From positions 43,028,001-43,092,000 of the forward strand of contig CM060734.1 of NCBI GenBank assembly GCA_030704615.1: a DNA stretch of 64,000 nucleotides. Reading direction: 5' to 3'. The stretch is from Takakia lepidozioides (lineage: Eukaryota; Plantae; Bryophyta). Of the stretch, positions 1 to 11,997 are shown piece by piece (within the stretch, counting starts at the first letter, position 1; every line of letters begins with the position of its first letter). The notes under the pieces are model-generated. The model was not told where the DNA came from and ran no database searches. It was given only the letters and a program-made list of their open reading frames with translations. The position numbers were made by a program, and so were the translations under genes.

Positions 1-969
1 GGCCTTATGGGCCTCCCTTGTGATAAACATCTTCTTTCTTTCTCTCTATTTTTTGGGGCTACATGGGCCCCCACAATGATAGAAGGTTTCGTACCGTGTA
101 TTCTACGTGTATTGTAACAAAGTTGCAAAACCATTGAAGAGTCGGTAAAGAATATTTTCTAAAATGGGGACGAGGGTTTCTTTTATGTCAGTGGCGGAAT
201 TATGGAAAACGACGGTGTAGCCCTAACACTCAGAATCTGACGTGTGCCCCACGGCGTTGGACACGTGAAGGCCAACAATGCATTGAGTGGAGGGCTCGAG
301 GACAATCTAGCGCCTTCCACCGCTAGATTTCAAAAATTGTCAAATAACATGTTTTCTGTTAGTACTTCTGCCAGTCTGATAGTAAGGCACAAGCCTGATC
401 CCTGAAATCATCCCTGCAACGATCCATCCAAATGGAAATAACTTCATACTTGGATGGAATCTTATATATTTATGACAGGAGTAAATTAAAAATACACCAT
501 AGCCAACGGGGATGAGCCAAATGGGTGGACACTACGCGGACAACTATTATAGACGCATGCACAACCAACGGCAAAGGAGGATCACTTTGCTCATCGCACT
601 CACTGAGAGAGGTTATTGTTGCTAGTAAAGCTGGAGAGTTGCAGGAGAGACAACATTCACTTTGAGGTTAGAAGGCGTAGAAGGTAATTGTTGTATTTCA
701 CGTCTTCGAGAGAGAGGAAGACGGCGAGAGAGAGAATGAGGGCCGCGTCGCCCTATAAAACAGAAGGTGTCCAGGGGACACCATGTGACCGGTAGAGAGG
801 ATGTAACTAATAGTACCCGTGGTACCATGGGGGTACATGGGTACCCCATGGTACCACCTGGTACCCAGGGGTGTCAAGGATATCTAGGGTACGAGAGGAT
901 TTGATTCAAGTTGACGCTTGTTGGTAATGATAGCAGTAAGAGAGCGGTAAGAAACAAAATAAATTAAAA

Positions 970-1995
970 ACGACCGCCAGGTCGCTCAATTTAAAAAACA
1001 AAAAAAATTGGAAGTCACCGCAAATGGCGGTCGCTTAAATAAAAATAATTTAAAGAAAAATATTTAAATGGCGGTCGCTTCATTTAAAGATATATAAGCG
1101 ACCCGCCAGTGGCGGTCGCTTAATTTTAAATAAAAATATAAAAATATAAGAATTACAAATTTATTTATTCATATATATATATATATTACGACTGCCACTC
1201 TCGATCGTTACATTTAAAAAATGAATAAAAATATAGTCGACCGCCACTGGCGGTCGCTTTATTTAGATAACAAAAAAACTTGGAAGCGACCGCCATTGGC
1301 GGTCGCTTGATTATATAATGATAATATTTAAATAAAAAAATTATTTACATATTTAAGAAAAAACACCGCCATTGGTGGTCGCTTAATTTAAAAAACAAAA
1401 CAAAATTGGAAGCGGCCGCCACTGGCACTCGCTAAATTTAAAAAGTAAAATAAAATTAGAAGCAACTCCCACTGGCGGTCTCTTAATTTAAAAAAAATAA
1501 AAATAGAATTGACTGCCAACAGAGGTGACCACTTTATTTAAGAAACAAAAACAATTGCAAGCGACCCCACTAGCGGTCGCTTAATCTAAAAAATAAAAAA
1601 CAATTGGAAACGACCGTCACTAGCGGTCGAGTAATTTCAAAAATAAAATAAATTATAAAAAAAAAAAATTGGAAGCGGCGGTCGCTTAATTTTAAAATAA
1701 AAATAAAATTGGAAACAACCGCCTATATACCACAAATATGCGGTTGCATAGTTTTTTTATATTTTTAAATCAAGCGACCGCCAATATGGCGGTCGCTTGT
1801 TTTTGTTTTTGTTTTTATTTTAAGGCGACCGCCAATGTGGCGGTCACGTGTTTTATTTTATTTTCTGAATAAAGTGTTGGCGGTCGCTTCTTTTTGTTTT
1901 ATTTTTAAATTGAAGCGATCGCCATATTGGCGGTTGCTCTGATTTGTTTTAATTTCTAAATATAAAGCGACTGCCACAATTGGCGGTCGCTTTTA
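970..1995. repeat. Dispersed array of the palindrome AAGCGACCGCCA-N(1-3)-TGGCGGTCGCTT separated by AT-rich spacers (roughly 20 copies, ~50-60 bp period)
   Basis: Near-perfect copies at about 1097-1122, 1283-1308 and 1772-1798, with many degenerate copies between. Spacers are A-rich on the left and T-rich after ~1750. Resembles internal or subterminal repeats of DNA transposons such as CACTA. Confidence 0.85.
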
Positions 1996-2599
1996 TTTTC
2001 ATATTTTCCTTAATTTATTTGTCACCGCCACCATGTCGGCGACGTGGCTGCTTAAGTGACAAAAATTTACCTGGCCATTTTTTTACTAGAATATTCCCGG
2101 AACCGGACATGACGGAGGTCCTGTCTGCGCCAGGTTTGACGTGACCTGACGCTGATGGACGTCAGCGTCAACCGGGGTTCAATTAATTGGGTAAGATCCA
2201 GTGTATTTAAATATGGCAAAAAATCGCCAGATTTTGACCTAGAAAATAGGTCAGCTATTTTTATAAAGAAAATTTGGGAGTAAAAATCAAAATGTTTGCC
2301 AGAAAGCGCCAATGCTTAAATATCAGGAGCGTTGACATGTTAAAATGTGACACCTCCTATATAGCCACTTTTCTAACCCTGCCATCTCGTTATTCTCGCT
2401 ACATGGGCACTGGGTAAAATTATGTACATATAGCCTTTGTGGCGATTTTGGAAAAGTGAAAAAACAAACACTGGTAAGATCCCACGGAATGTCATGTGGT
2501 CAACGTAGTGGGAACTTCAACATGGGCCATCATGTTGCAGCCCTAACCTTGATTCATCGATTACGAACAACAATAAAACCACGAAAAATTAATCAACAG

Positions 2600-4090
2600 T
2601 CAGATGTGATTCGATTCAGTACATCGTAAGCCGTCATGAGTTGCCTGAGATATGAGGTCTCACAACATGCCTCTGTTGATCCCTCTTCTTCTGCCCCTCG
2701 TTTTTCTTCTTCAGATGTCTGTGTTGTGCATGAAGCTCCTTCATAAGCTTTCCTATCGAATTTTGTTATCGCTCCGTAACCAAAGCTTCATGGGGAACCT
2801 TTGTTTCCAAATGTAACCACTATCTATGTGTGTGTGGTTAAGGTGTGCATCTCTGGAGCTCCAGTGTTGAGACCCTTTAGAACACTTCTTTATCCGAGTT
2901 GAGTAGAGTAACATGAAAGTATGTTCATACTAATATTTCATGTTATTACTCCAAAAAAATTCTACAATTTCCTCGCACCACATTCCTAAGTATTTCGCAG
3001 TTCTTTTTCATCAGCATTTAACAGTTTTTGTGTTTTGAAGCCTACATGTGTCAAGTATGGGGTGTCCTAAGGTAAAGGTTGGTTTGCACTCCCTCGTCGC
3101 ATCTTGCATGAAAGGTGGATAGCCTAGCCATGTGTATGTCCTAGCAGACCATTGCCTCTCTGCTTTCTTTCCTCGCCCTTTCTTTGTGAGATCTTCATTT
3201 AGTTTTCAATGTGTTCCTTTCCCAAAGCATTTACGTTTTGCATTGCAGAGAGTTTGGAGAAAGTAGGCAGCCTGAATGACGACATGCACTACTGACTCTG
3301 GCTCTGATCGTCTGAGGCATTAGTATCCTCTTTTGAACTACTCTCAGTGTCCTGACCCTCATGTCGTATGTCGTCGGGCACCGTATCAGATCATCATCAT
3401 CACCACTCTCTGATCAACCTTCATCCATACTACCCGACGCCCCATGGTCAATAGTGCTATTGCTATTGCCATGATGCCGTACACGACGTTGTGTTGTTGG
3501 CCCAATCCGACCGACCTTGATGCATTCAATTAGCGCATTGTATCCATTAGCTTTGGCAAACTTTGACTCCTCTACGGAAGGTGTTCTCCCAAACCTGCTA
3601 CACAATGTCACAAACAAATAAGTTAGTTTATATTGTAGGAAAGAGAGAAAAAAAACTAAACTATAAGCCATAGACAAACTAAGAGCACATTGATACCCAA
3701 AATGGAATTGTAAATGTTTTAGTGTGTAGTGCCTTCGAAATGTTATAACGTGGAGGTCCTAGGTTCAAGTATGCATTGCTTAATATTTGTAGAACAATGA
3801 ACGACTGCCATTGGACAAAACCGGAGTCAATGATCAACTAGTTTTTGAAATTCAAATTTCAAATTCAAACTCAAATTTTCCCACCTAAATTCAAATGTAC
3901 CCCCTTAACCTACGACGTCCAAGGGTCGCACTTTTCGACCCTGGACGTCGCTAATGCGGATCGCAGAAAAGGGAAAAACAAAAAATAAATAAAAATTGCC
4001 CCGACGTCGCAAATTCGGGCTGCTACCCCGCTCCAAAAGGTGACGTTTGCAACGTTGTGGCGTCGCTAATCCGCCCCTTTTCCTATAGTG
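2600..4090 (-). mobile_element. Probable degraded CACTA-type DNA transposon remnant (one end)
   Basis: Ends in ...TTTTCCTATAGTG at 4090 (CACTA on the minus strand), preceded by clustered CGACGT/ACGTCG subterminal motifs at 3910-4070. Broken minus-strand coding fragments lie at 2600-3680. No matching second end with a TSD was found. Confidence 0.35.
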
Positions 4091-5487
4091 TGTGAATATC
4101 ATACTACGGAAATCATGGTTGGCATTTTGGGAACACACCCCATCTTCTTTGCTATCTGGATCTCCCTCCTTCCTCGAAATCGCCTATCCTTCAAGTTCTT
4201 TGCGACCAACTCCATCGATCGGCTCTCACACCAACGACCCCCAAACTTTTTCTCCAATTCCTCTATGGCTTGATGTGGGCCTCTGGCGGCGTCGTGAAGG
4301 CGGTCGAGGTATCTCAACCTCGTTGGCAATATCATTGTTGACGTTCTCGTCCGGTGAAATGACATTTTGCAAATCATCCTCCGTGATCGGCCAAGCCTGT
4401 GCCCGCACCGTGACCTATTCATACATAAAAAGGAAAAACCCTTCAATGAACTTCATATGATGACAATATAAATCCAAATTGAACAATATATGGGTTTAAG
4501 GTCATGTAATATCGTTTAGGAACCACAAACTTCCATGTCCCTCCCTCCCAAGGTCTGTTCAAAAAACGGACGGGCTTAATTTTGACACCGAAAACGTTAC
4601 CAAGTCCTACCTAGCTTCAAGCGAACCAGTCCGGGCCCTTATACAAAGCAACAGGGTTTTGGACGCCCTAAAATATTTTCCAGTCCCTACAATTGTTTAA
4701 GGTTTGGCCACCCCAGTACTCTTCTCTTGCAGCCTTGGGGCATGTAAAGGGTTTTAATTTTCTTCCCTTCAATGATCTTCAACAAAATTTATCCAGGGCC
4801 TCTGTCCCGGGCCTGTTCATCCAAAAAGAAAAAAAAACTAGGAAGAATCACGAACTATTCTCAGTTTGCATGTATTGTATTGTATGACATTGTTTATAAT
4901 GATCCCAGTACGATGTAGTCTTGTCAATCTCTACAAGTGTGGGAGGGTGCAATGTTAGTGGAGTCGTCGATTCTTCTTCACTTGCCCATGAAATCGGGAG
5001 TGTACTACATTCCTGAAATTGATCATGCACACATCAGATACTTACATAGTCTCTGGCTCCGATATACTGCGCGAGGACGAGCACATTTGCTAAGTCAATT
5101 TCCTTTGGGTCTGTGGACCCAGAATGGTATTACAACAAAAGATGCACGAGCTGTATCACGAAATTGTAATACGTTATATGTCTCTCTGCAACCGATCAAT
5201 ATACTACATGTTCGATCGAGACTCGTCGGAGTCTCATTATATGAATTGCAATATCAAGAATATGGCAATGTTGCAGTTCGCGCCAGACTCAATTCACTGC
5301 CATTGAGCAGTGTTGGCATGACCAGATTCTTCGTGTCAATTTGGAGAATTGATGAATCCTTGGCTTCGATTGCACTGCCTCTTCCTAAGCCGATCATTCA
5401 TATGGAGTTGGGCAGCTAGAACCGTCATAAATGTTTAACTAGAGAGAGCAAATTGGGAGAAGAAACCTGTAGTTCTAACTATGTAAC

Positions 5488-7572
5488 TTAATTTTGGACT
5501 TTGATGGGGCGCATCATATCGTTGTCTTCATGATCAAGAATGTGGCAATGCCAGACATAGCCAGGCTCTGCTGTCGGATCAAATGGGAAGTCACCTCCAC
5601 CACGGGGAGTCCAGTGAAGCACAAACCTTGTGACAGCACTCGGTAAGGTCACCGCTGTATCTTTCCAACCAATCTGATTCGGAGTGGGGCCTCTCGGCTT
5701 CTCTGTATAACAGCTCCTAGGATGTGGGTACGGTAGCTTGAGTGAGCATGAGACATTGCTTTCGTAGAGGGCCTGGTTGAAAAACTGCTGGTTTAAGACA
5801 CGAAATTGGACAAGGTGGATATGCATGGGGTGTGCATCTGGCGTGAGGTTGACGATCTCCCAAACCTCAGTGCTCCCCTTGATAGGCGTCTCTGTGGCTG
5901 GATCCATCCATGTGTGGTTTGTAAGGAGGGAGTATATTGGGTTTCCCGCTGTGTCGTCAGTCTCTCGCATTTTCAAGTTTCGCCAGACTGCATTTTCTAT
6001 GTTAATCACTGGATCCGCTGATCGTAGTATTTGAGGGATGGCTACATCCCGGTGATGATGTAACTTATCTTGTACTATGAATTTGAGCACAGCCAAAGTA
6101 CTCGGCGGGCAAAAAACATCGACTCCGACTGGAAAGGGAGCTGGAGCTGAATTATTCAAGATCACCTCACTACCAGGAACAAGTGAAAAATCGATGATAA
6201 GATCCACTCGCTCAGCGGGACCCATCTGCACAGTGGAAAGATTCTGTGGTTGATACAGTAAACCACCATCTGTACCAATTTGTAGAATGGAGACTCGTTG
6301 ATCGCTGAGTGAGAGCTGAAAAAACCGGGCACTAGCAGCATTCAGGATCCGGAATCTATATTTTCGCGGTTGGACATGCATGGATGGCCATGCTTTTCCA
6401 TTGACGACGATTGTATCTCCGAAGTACTCCGGGCACCAGTTGGGATGAATCGTGGGGGAATCCCCCACGTTTGGGAAGTTGATAGATCCATCTTTGCGGA
6501 ACTGTTTGTCTTGCAAGACTAGATTAACTTCGAACTTTCCCGACGGCAGCCACGATGGATTGTTCTCCTTGGCCGGTCTTACGATGTAGAGTCCGCACAA
6601 CCCGGCCAAAACGTTCAACCTCGTGATTCCTAGAGAGTGATCGTGATACCAGAGCATAGCGGGCGTCTGTGAATTCGCGTAGGTGTAGTTCTGTTTAACA
6701 TACTTGGGGCCGCGCGCACCGCCTGCGGTGTACCACGTGTCTGGATGACCGTCGGACGCACTTTCTGCCTCAGCACCATGGACGTGTGTGACAATGGGGA
6801 CCCCTCCACGACCGCCCGGGTTCGCCCACATAAGGGATCTGTCCACAGTGAACATGTGGTGCGCATCGTAGATGTGATTTTCCCACCGGACATGAGCTTC
6901 TTCACCCGCTTCTGCTATTAGAGTTGGACCTGGATATACAGCTGTGTCCTGACTTTTTCCATAGGCATAGAGTGTTGTCGGTGGAAGATCCCTGTGCAGC
7001 TTCTGCGCATGACATGCAGAGAGCAAGCTGCAGACTTGTAATCTCGGGCTTTGTTGCTCAGGAAATCTGATTGGCGACTGGCAACTCCTATCTGTTGAAC
7101 TAAGGGACTGTCAAAGTCTGTACATCTCCAGGATGCATAGGATTATAGAGCTCTCACAGTTTTGCACGATAGTTTTGTGGAGCTCATAACCACTGTGTTG
7201 CTGGTCAGGTTTGCGCTATATTTCAGTGCAGACCCTCGCTCCGAGAGTACTGTTTTTGAGCTGAATTAAATACTCAATTGTCAGTCTATATTCGTGGTCA
7301 AGGTCTAAAGCGTAATTCAGAGTTGAGGTCCACGGACGTCTCCTTACCTGAGTTGTTTTGTAAGTACCCAAAGTGACCTGCGTTTTACTCGGCAGATAAA
7401 TCTTCTGAAGTCTCGGCAACTTGTCGACGAATTGCTCCAGCGCCGGCGATGGATTCAATTTTTGGCAGACAGAGTCTTCATTATGTCCATTATCTGCGCC
7501 TACAGCAGGATGGAAGCACGCCAAAACAATCAACAGCGTGATTGTTAATCTGGAGAAGTTGAGTAGGTCCAT
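5488..7572 (-). CDS. LPR1: Multicopper oxidase, LPR1/LPR2-like (CotA/bilirubin-oxidase type), 2 coding exons 7572-7348 and 7002-5488, ~579 aa, with N-terminal signal peptide
   Basis: All four Cu-binding motifs are present: THVHG, WYHDH, HPMHIHL, WHCHILDHEDNDMM. Exon 1 has a hydrophobic signal (LTITLLIVLACF) and LEQFVDKLP. The phase-0 intron (CAG|GTAAGG ... GCAG|AAG) joins ...YKTTQ to KLHRDLPPT. Confidence 0.93.
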
Positions 7573-9313
7573 GTGGCTCACGTCAAATTGCATTGATGTT
7601 TGAACTCTCAAATGTTGTATCCCTGTGCAGACCTGTAAGAGCAGTGGCCCAAGTCGAATATCAGGAAACAGATCTTAATAACCAGACTGCAAGGGAAAAG
7701 CCTTAGGGGCCTAGTGCGCATCGATTCACACCTCAAAGTGCAGGCCTAAATTCCTTAGCTGCGCATGCCACCGTCAGGTTTAGGAATTGGGAACTGTTCA
7801 GTAGGGCATTTGGACCAAAGCCCTTCGCCATCTCCTGAATGTTTTGAATATAACGGTTCAAGGAAGGCAACACTCGTTAGTTGAGTACAACACCCTCGAG
7901 GATGGAAGCTGTCATGAGTTCAATGCAGCCTTGGAAGAGTCCGACTCTTATTGCCAGGCCCTCAAACGACGATTGAGGACATTCACTCAACAATCTCTTA
8001 AATTTTGTGAGAGGAGTGAGTGCACCGTGTGAATGGATACCACAATGCATGCACATCCGCCTGTTCCGAATGGCAGAAACCTTCTGACTTTTTAAAGCAC
8101 TTCTTTCGAGTCATATAATCACAAACGGCACAGGTACATGTATACATATGGATCCGTGGAGCAAATTTCTATAGTTCGAGACTGCATTTCCCATTTTATA
8201 GCAGGCCTAACAATCACTTCAAGGGCAACTGCAATTTACATATGAAGCCATTCATGAGACGTTCACAGCAAAGCATGAGGCCCAACTACGTTTAAATACT
8301 TGTCAGGTTTAGCTGGTAGTGCAGTCACCTGATACTCTAGCCACTGAATGAAGTCCCAGGGGTGAGGGTGAAGTCTGGGTCCGGCCTCGTGAATGTGCAG
8401 CAACAGGTTTATTCTGAATTGAAGTTGCAGCTGTTCTGTACTTATACAATGCTGCAGGTCCAAAGATTTGCAACCAAGTTTACTTAATATGCTTGACCAC
8501 AACATTTAACGTCCTGCCAGCAATGCCAGAAGCTGCTTCGAAGCTATATAAAAGGCGGCCGTGCGCTCTGCAAGGCATGACATCTACGTACCGTGCCCGA
8601 ACACCGATAGACATCAAATCAAACACGTCACATGAGTCGATCACTTCCTGGGGACCCTACTCATATTCAGCTCCGAAAAAGGTAAACCAACTCTTCCCAA
8701 CTTTGTTCATTAGTCACCACAAGAAAGGCAGAGTACACACCACCCGGGGATCCATACAAATTACTGTAGCTGTACCTTGATCCCAACCTGATGGCAGCCT
8801 GATGGGTGGTGCGAGACGAACAGCACGGCTCCGCGAATCTAGTGATGCGTCTTAGCCAGCTGCAGTTCAATCCAAATTCTTGAGCTTTGCTAGCTGCGAT
8901 ATCCCGTATATTATAAGACCGCAGCTGCGATCCCTGCAGTGTTTATAGCTCGCATCCTCCACTGATGAAGCTGCTGCGCGCGTGCCGGTGCAGAGCTGAG
9001 CATGCGAGATGCTGCAGCGCTCTGGGAGACGGCACGAGCAGCCTGCGTGCCGCCGCATGCTGCCTGCCTTCGCCCCACGCGCCTTCCCGACGTCATCCAT
9101 CCCTCATCCATCCCTATAAATGGCTGCCGGAATCAGACTGCCGGGAGCAAGGGTGACCGAGCACGCGCGCCGCCGGGCCGGGGGATTACATGGGGTACAT
9201 GAACTCCACATGTACGTACGCCGTAGGGCGTGGGTACATGAAACTGAACGGGTGAGAAAACAGGGAATGATATGAACCCCTTCAGTTTGAGGAAAGCTTA
9301 ACCTCTTTCACAC

Positions 9314-9600
9314 CAGTGTTGGACGGTTCTCTGGTTTTGGGTAGAACCTGCAGGGTAGGTTCTATCTTGTGGAAGGTAAATAGAGAACCTCCTGTCCGGG
9401 TACTTAAAAACATGGACAGTTAGAGAACTTGCGGTGCAGAGTATATCTCCGAGTTACATTTTTCACGGGTATTGTGTTATACCGGTTCTTTAATGTAATT
9501 ATCCGCCAAATCCGGTGCTTGGGTATATTGGTAGAGAACCGAGAGATGACCCGGTCCCAGTTCTGAGTTCAAAAGTTATTATGGACAGAATAAATAAAAA
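9314..9600. mobile_element. Fragment of a non-autonomous hAT-like element (CAGTGTTGG terminus)
   Basis: Begins CAGTGTTGGACGG followed by GGTTCT/AGAACC/CCGG subterminal motifs. Same terminal type as the TSD-flanked element at 43587-44268. Confidence 0.35.
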
Positions 9601-10714
9601 ATGTGCATGTATGGGCAACCTGCCTCTGAAACCGCCATATGGCATGCGGGGGCCATTCCGCAGCGTTAAGGACTGCGTCTCCTGCCCTCTCATTGGATTG
9701 CAAGTCCTAATCAAACATAACCGAGGTTTGGAGGCATCTTGCCTATGTGGCAGCGTTTAATTTGTCTTGGACAGGCCTCTCACCCGCCATACCCCACCAC
9801 CGCCTGGGTTATGTCTACCGTGCTCGGTACAGAGGGAGGCTTTGACTGTCCTTGGACGCTACCGCGCCTCGGCACTCCTGGTGTCCGGCTACGGTCTCGC
9901 CTCCCCATTTACCTAGTCCATATTATGTTTCATAATGTGCTAGTGCAACTGGCATAATGTGCTAAGTTAGTGTGCGCAATAGGCCTAGAATTCTACTTTT
10001 TAATCCTCCTCCAAATCGCCATACTTGTATAGGCAGGCAAAATCCTAAAGAAACAAGGTGGAAGCTGCGGTGAGCTAAGGGGAAAAAAAAAAGTGGGGCG
10101 AAAACGGGCTGACTCAAGGGAAAAAAAAAAAAAAAAAAAAAAACTCAAGTAGAGGTATACTAAAGATAGGTAGCAATCCCCAGACTTAGTCAGTGCTTGA
10201 ATTGTTTTAGTGTGGGTCAAACCTGGTGACAACTACATACGCTGGCAGCTGGGGTGAGCTAAGGGAGAAAACCTGAAGCCGTTGAGATAACGAACCAACT
10301 GATTCCTTCAGATTTCAGCTATGTTATTTTTTTATTATTCTTAGGTTAAAAAGGTGGTACGGAACCCAATAATCTGGTGAAATGAAAGAATGTTCAACAG
10401 TTGACTAATTTGGAGGCCGCGTTGGGCTCCAAAATTCAAAGTCCGCTGTCCAAATTTGGCAGGAATGGTAAACCGGATACATGTCAACAACGCTTGCAAG
10501 TATGCTTCTTACTTAACGTAGAGCGTAAGTAAGACATGGAGGAGCCGAGAGCCCCCAGCGCATTACTTCCCGCTCCTCCAGCCTTACCGACGTAACGAAA
10601 CAGCAAACAACAGTTTACGCCTGGACGGCAGGGATTGAATCCAGTTGACTTTCGGATTTGACGAGGAACCGTACAAGTACAAACCACTTGCCTGAAAGAG
10701 GAGAACCTGTTTAA

Positions 10715-10830
10715 GGTGTAGGTAGCCCAGTGGTTGGGAGTTTGCGCCGCATAACCTAGGTGATCGAGGGTTCAAAGTATCCACCTATACCAGGGGATTT
10801 AGGCTTCCTTGGGGAGCAGCCCTTTTTTTT
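10715..10830 (+). mobile_element. tRNA-derived SINE-like element
   Basis: Pol III A box TAGCCCAGTGG (10723-10733) and B box GGTTCAAA (10769-10776) at tRNA-like spacing, then a non-tRNA tail ending in T8 (10823-10830). No proper acceptor stem. Confidence 0.5.
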
Positions 10831-11332
10831 ATTCATGTATGAAGTTTCACGGACATGGCTACAGTAAGCAGGCTCCTTGGAACTGAATTGGTGATTATAT
10901 CCAAAAAAATTTGGTGCAACGGCTGGCAACAATACTTAAATTCAGGTTGAGTTTTGGCTCAAATTTTGTATCCTGAAAAAAAAAAAAAAAAAAAGTGTCG
11001 CCATCACAAATTTTTATTTGGTTTCACACTTCGCCAAAGCTCCAATATTGGAACATGAAAAAAAAAAAAAAGGGCTGGTCTGAACGCCACTTGCACAATG
11101 ACCAAGGCAACAGCCCATGGAATAAATGCTAAGACGAGCTAGGCGGTACATGTACGCACTACATGGAAACTAAGTTATACAGGCATCCTAGTGGAGACTC
11201 TGCGATACCTAGTGGTGTACCTGTGTAGATCTGGCTATGAGTTGGGGTGCCTAGTTACAAAATTGAGATCCAAAAATGAAGGCGCCAACCTATATGATAA
11301 TGATGCATTTTGGCTCCGTCTCCCTATGTACT

Positions 11333-11376
<44 letters not shown>

Positions 11377-11997
11377 AATTAAATTTAAAATAAAATAAAA
11401 ATTAAATATTTTTAATTTATTTATTAGAACAAGGGGCAGTGGCCCTGTTTTTACTTTATTTGGAATTATTTAGAGGGAAAAAATTAAACCCTCGGACCAT
11501 AAGGCACACACACCAATGTCAGTGAAATACGAACTTTCCTACTCTTGGTCGAGTATAAGCGAATCATACTACTCTGATTGAGTAAATAAAACCTTGCTAG
11601 TAATTGCTTTGTAATTATCAAAGCATCCCCAGGGCAAAACGCCTGAGGATTTATTATTGAGTAGCTGCATCACAGAACGTGGGTGTATCCTGGAGGCGAT
11701 TGAGTGATTACAGCTCGGCCATACTTCAAAGCTACCAAACATCAGCGAAAGTGGAGCCTCGCTTGTTTGGCGCCCTCTTTGACGTGCTTCCAGTTTATAT
11801 CCCTGTCAAACTCCGGCGATGCGGTGGATGGTGGTATTGATGTTGCTCCAGCTGGGCGGTGGCAGCTTGTTCCATTCGCAGTGATCGCTGGAGATGCTTC
11901 TGCAGATAATGCCTTGATGTGCCCAGGTAGAGACGAAGGCAGAGTGCAGTTGCCGTGCAATCCATGGTTTCTTTTTCATGTCAGCTGCTAGTTTGAT

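Noticed and set aside
530-4090. A complete CACTA element from CACTAC (530) to TAGTG (4090)
   Set aside because: The termini match only over CACTA and the flanking triplets differ (GGA vs TGT), so there is no TSD.
9640-9910. Structured ncRNA, or an element-A end (GACGCTACCGCG at ~9855)
   Set aside because: No recognisable RNA-family motif. The 12-bp match lacks the following TGAGC and the subterminal repeats, so it is probably chance.
10715-10790. Functional tRNA gene
   Set aside because: A and B boxes are present but there is no convincing acceptor or T stem; better explained as a SINE head.
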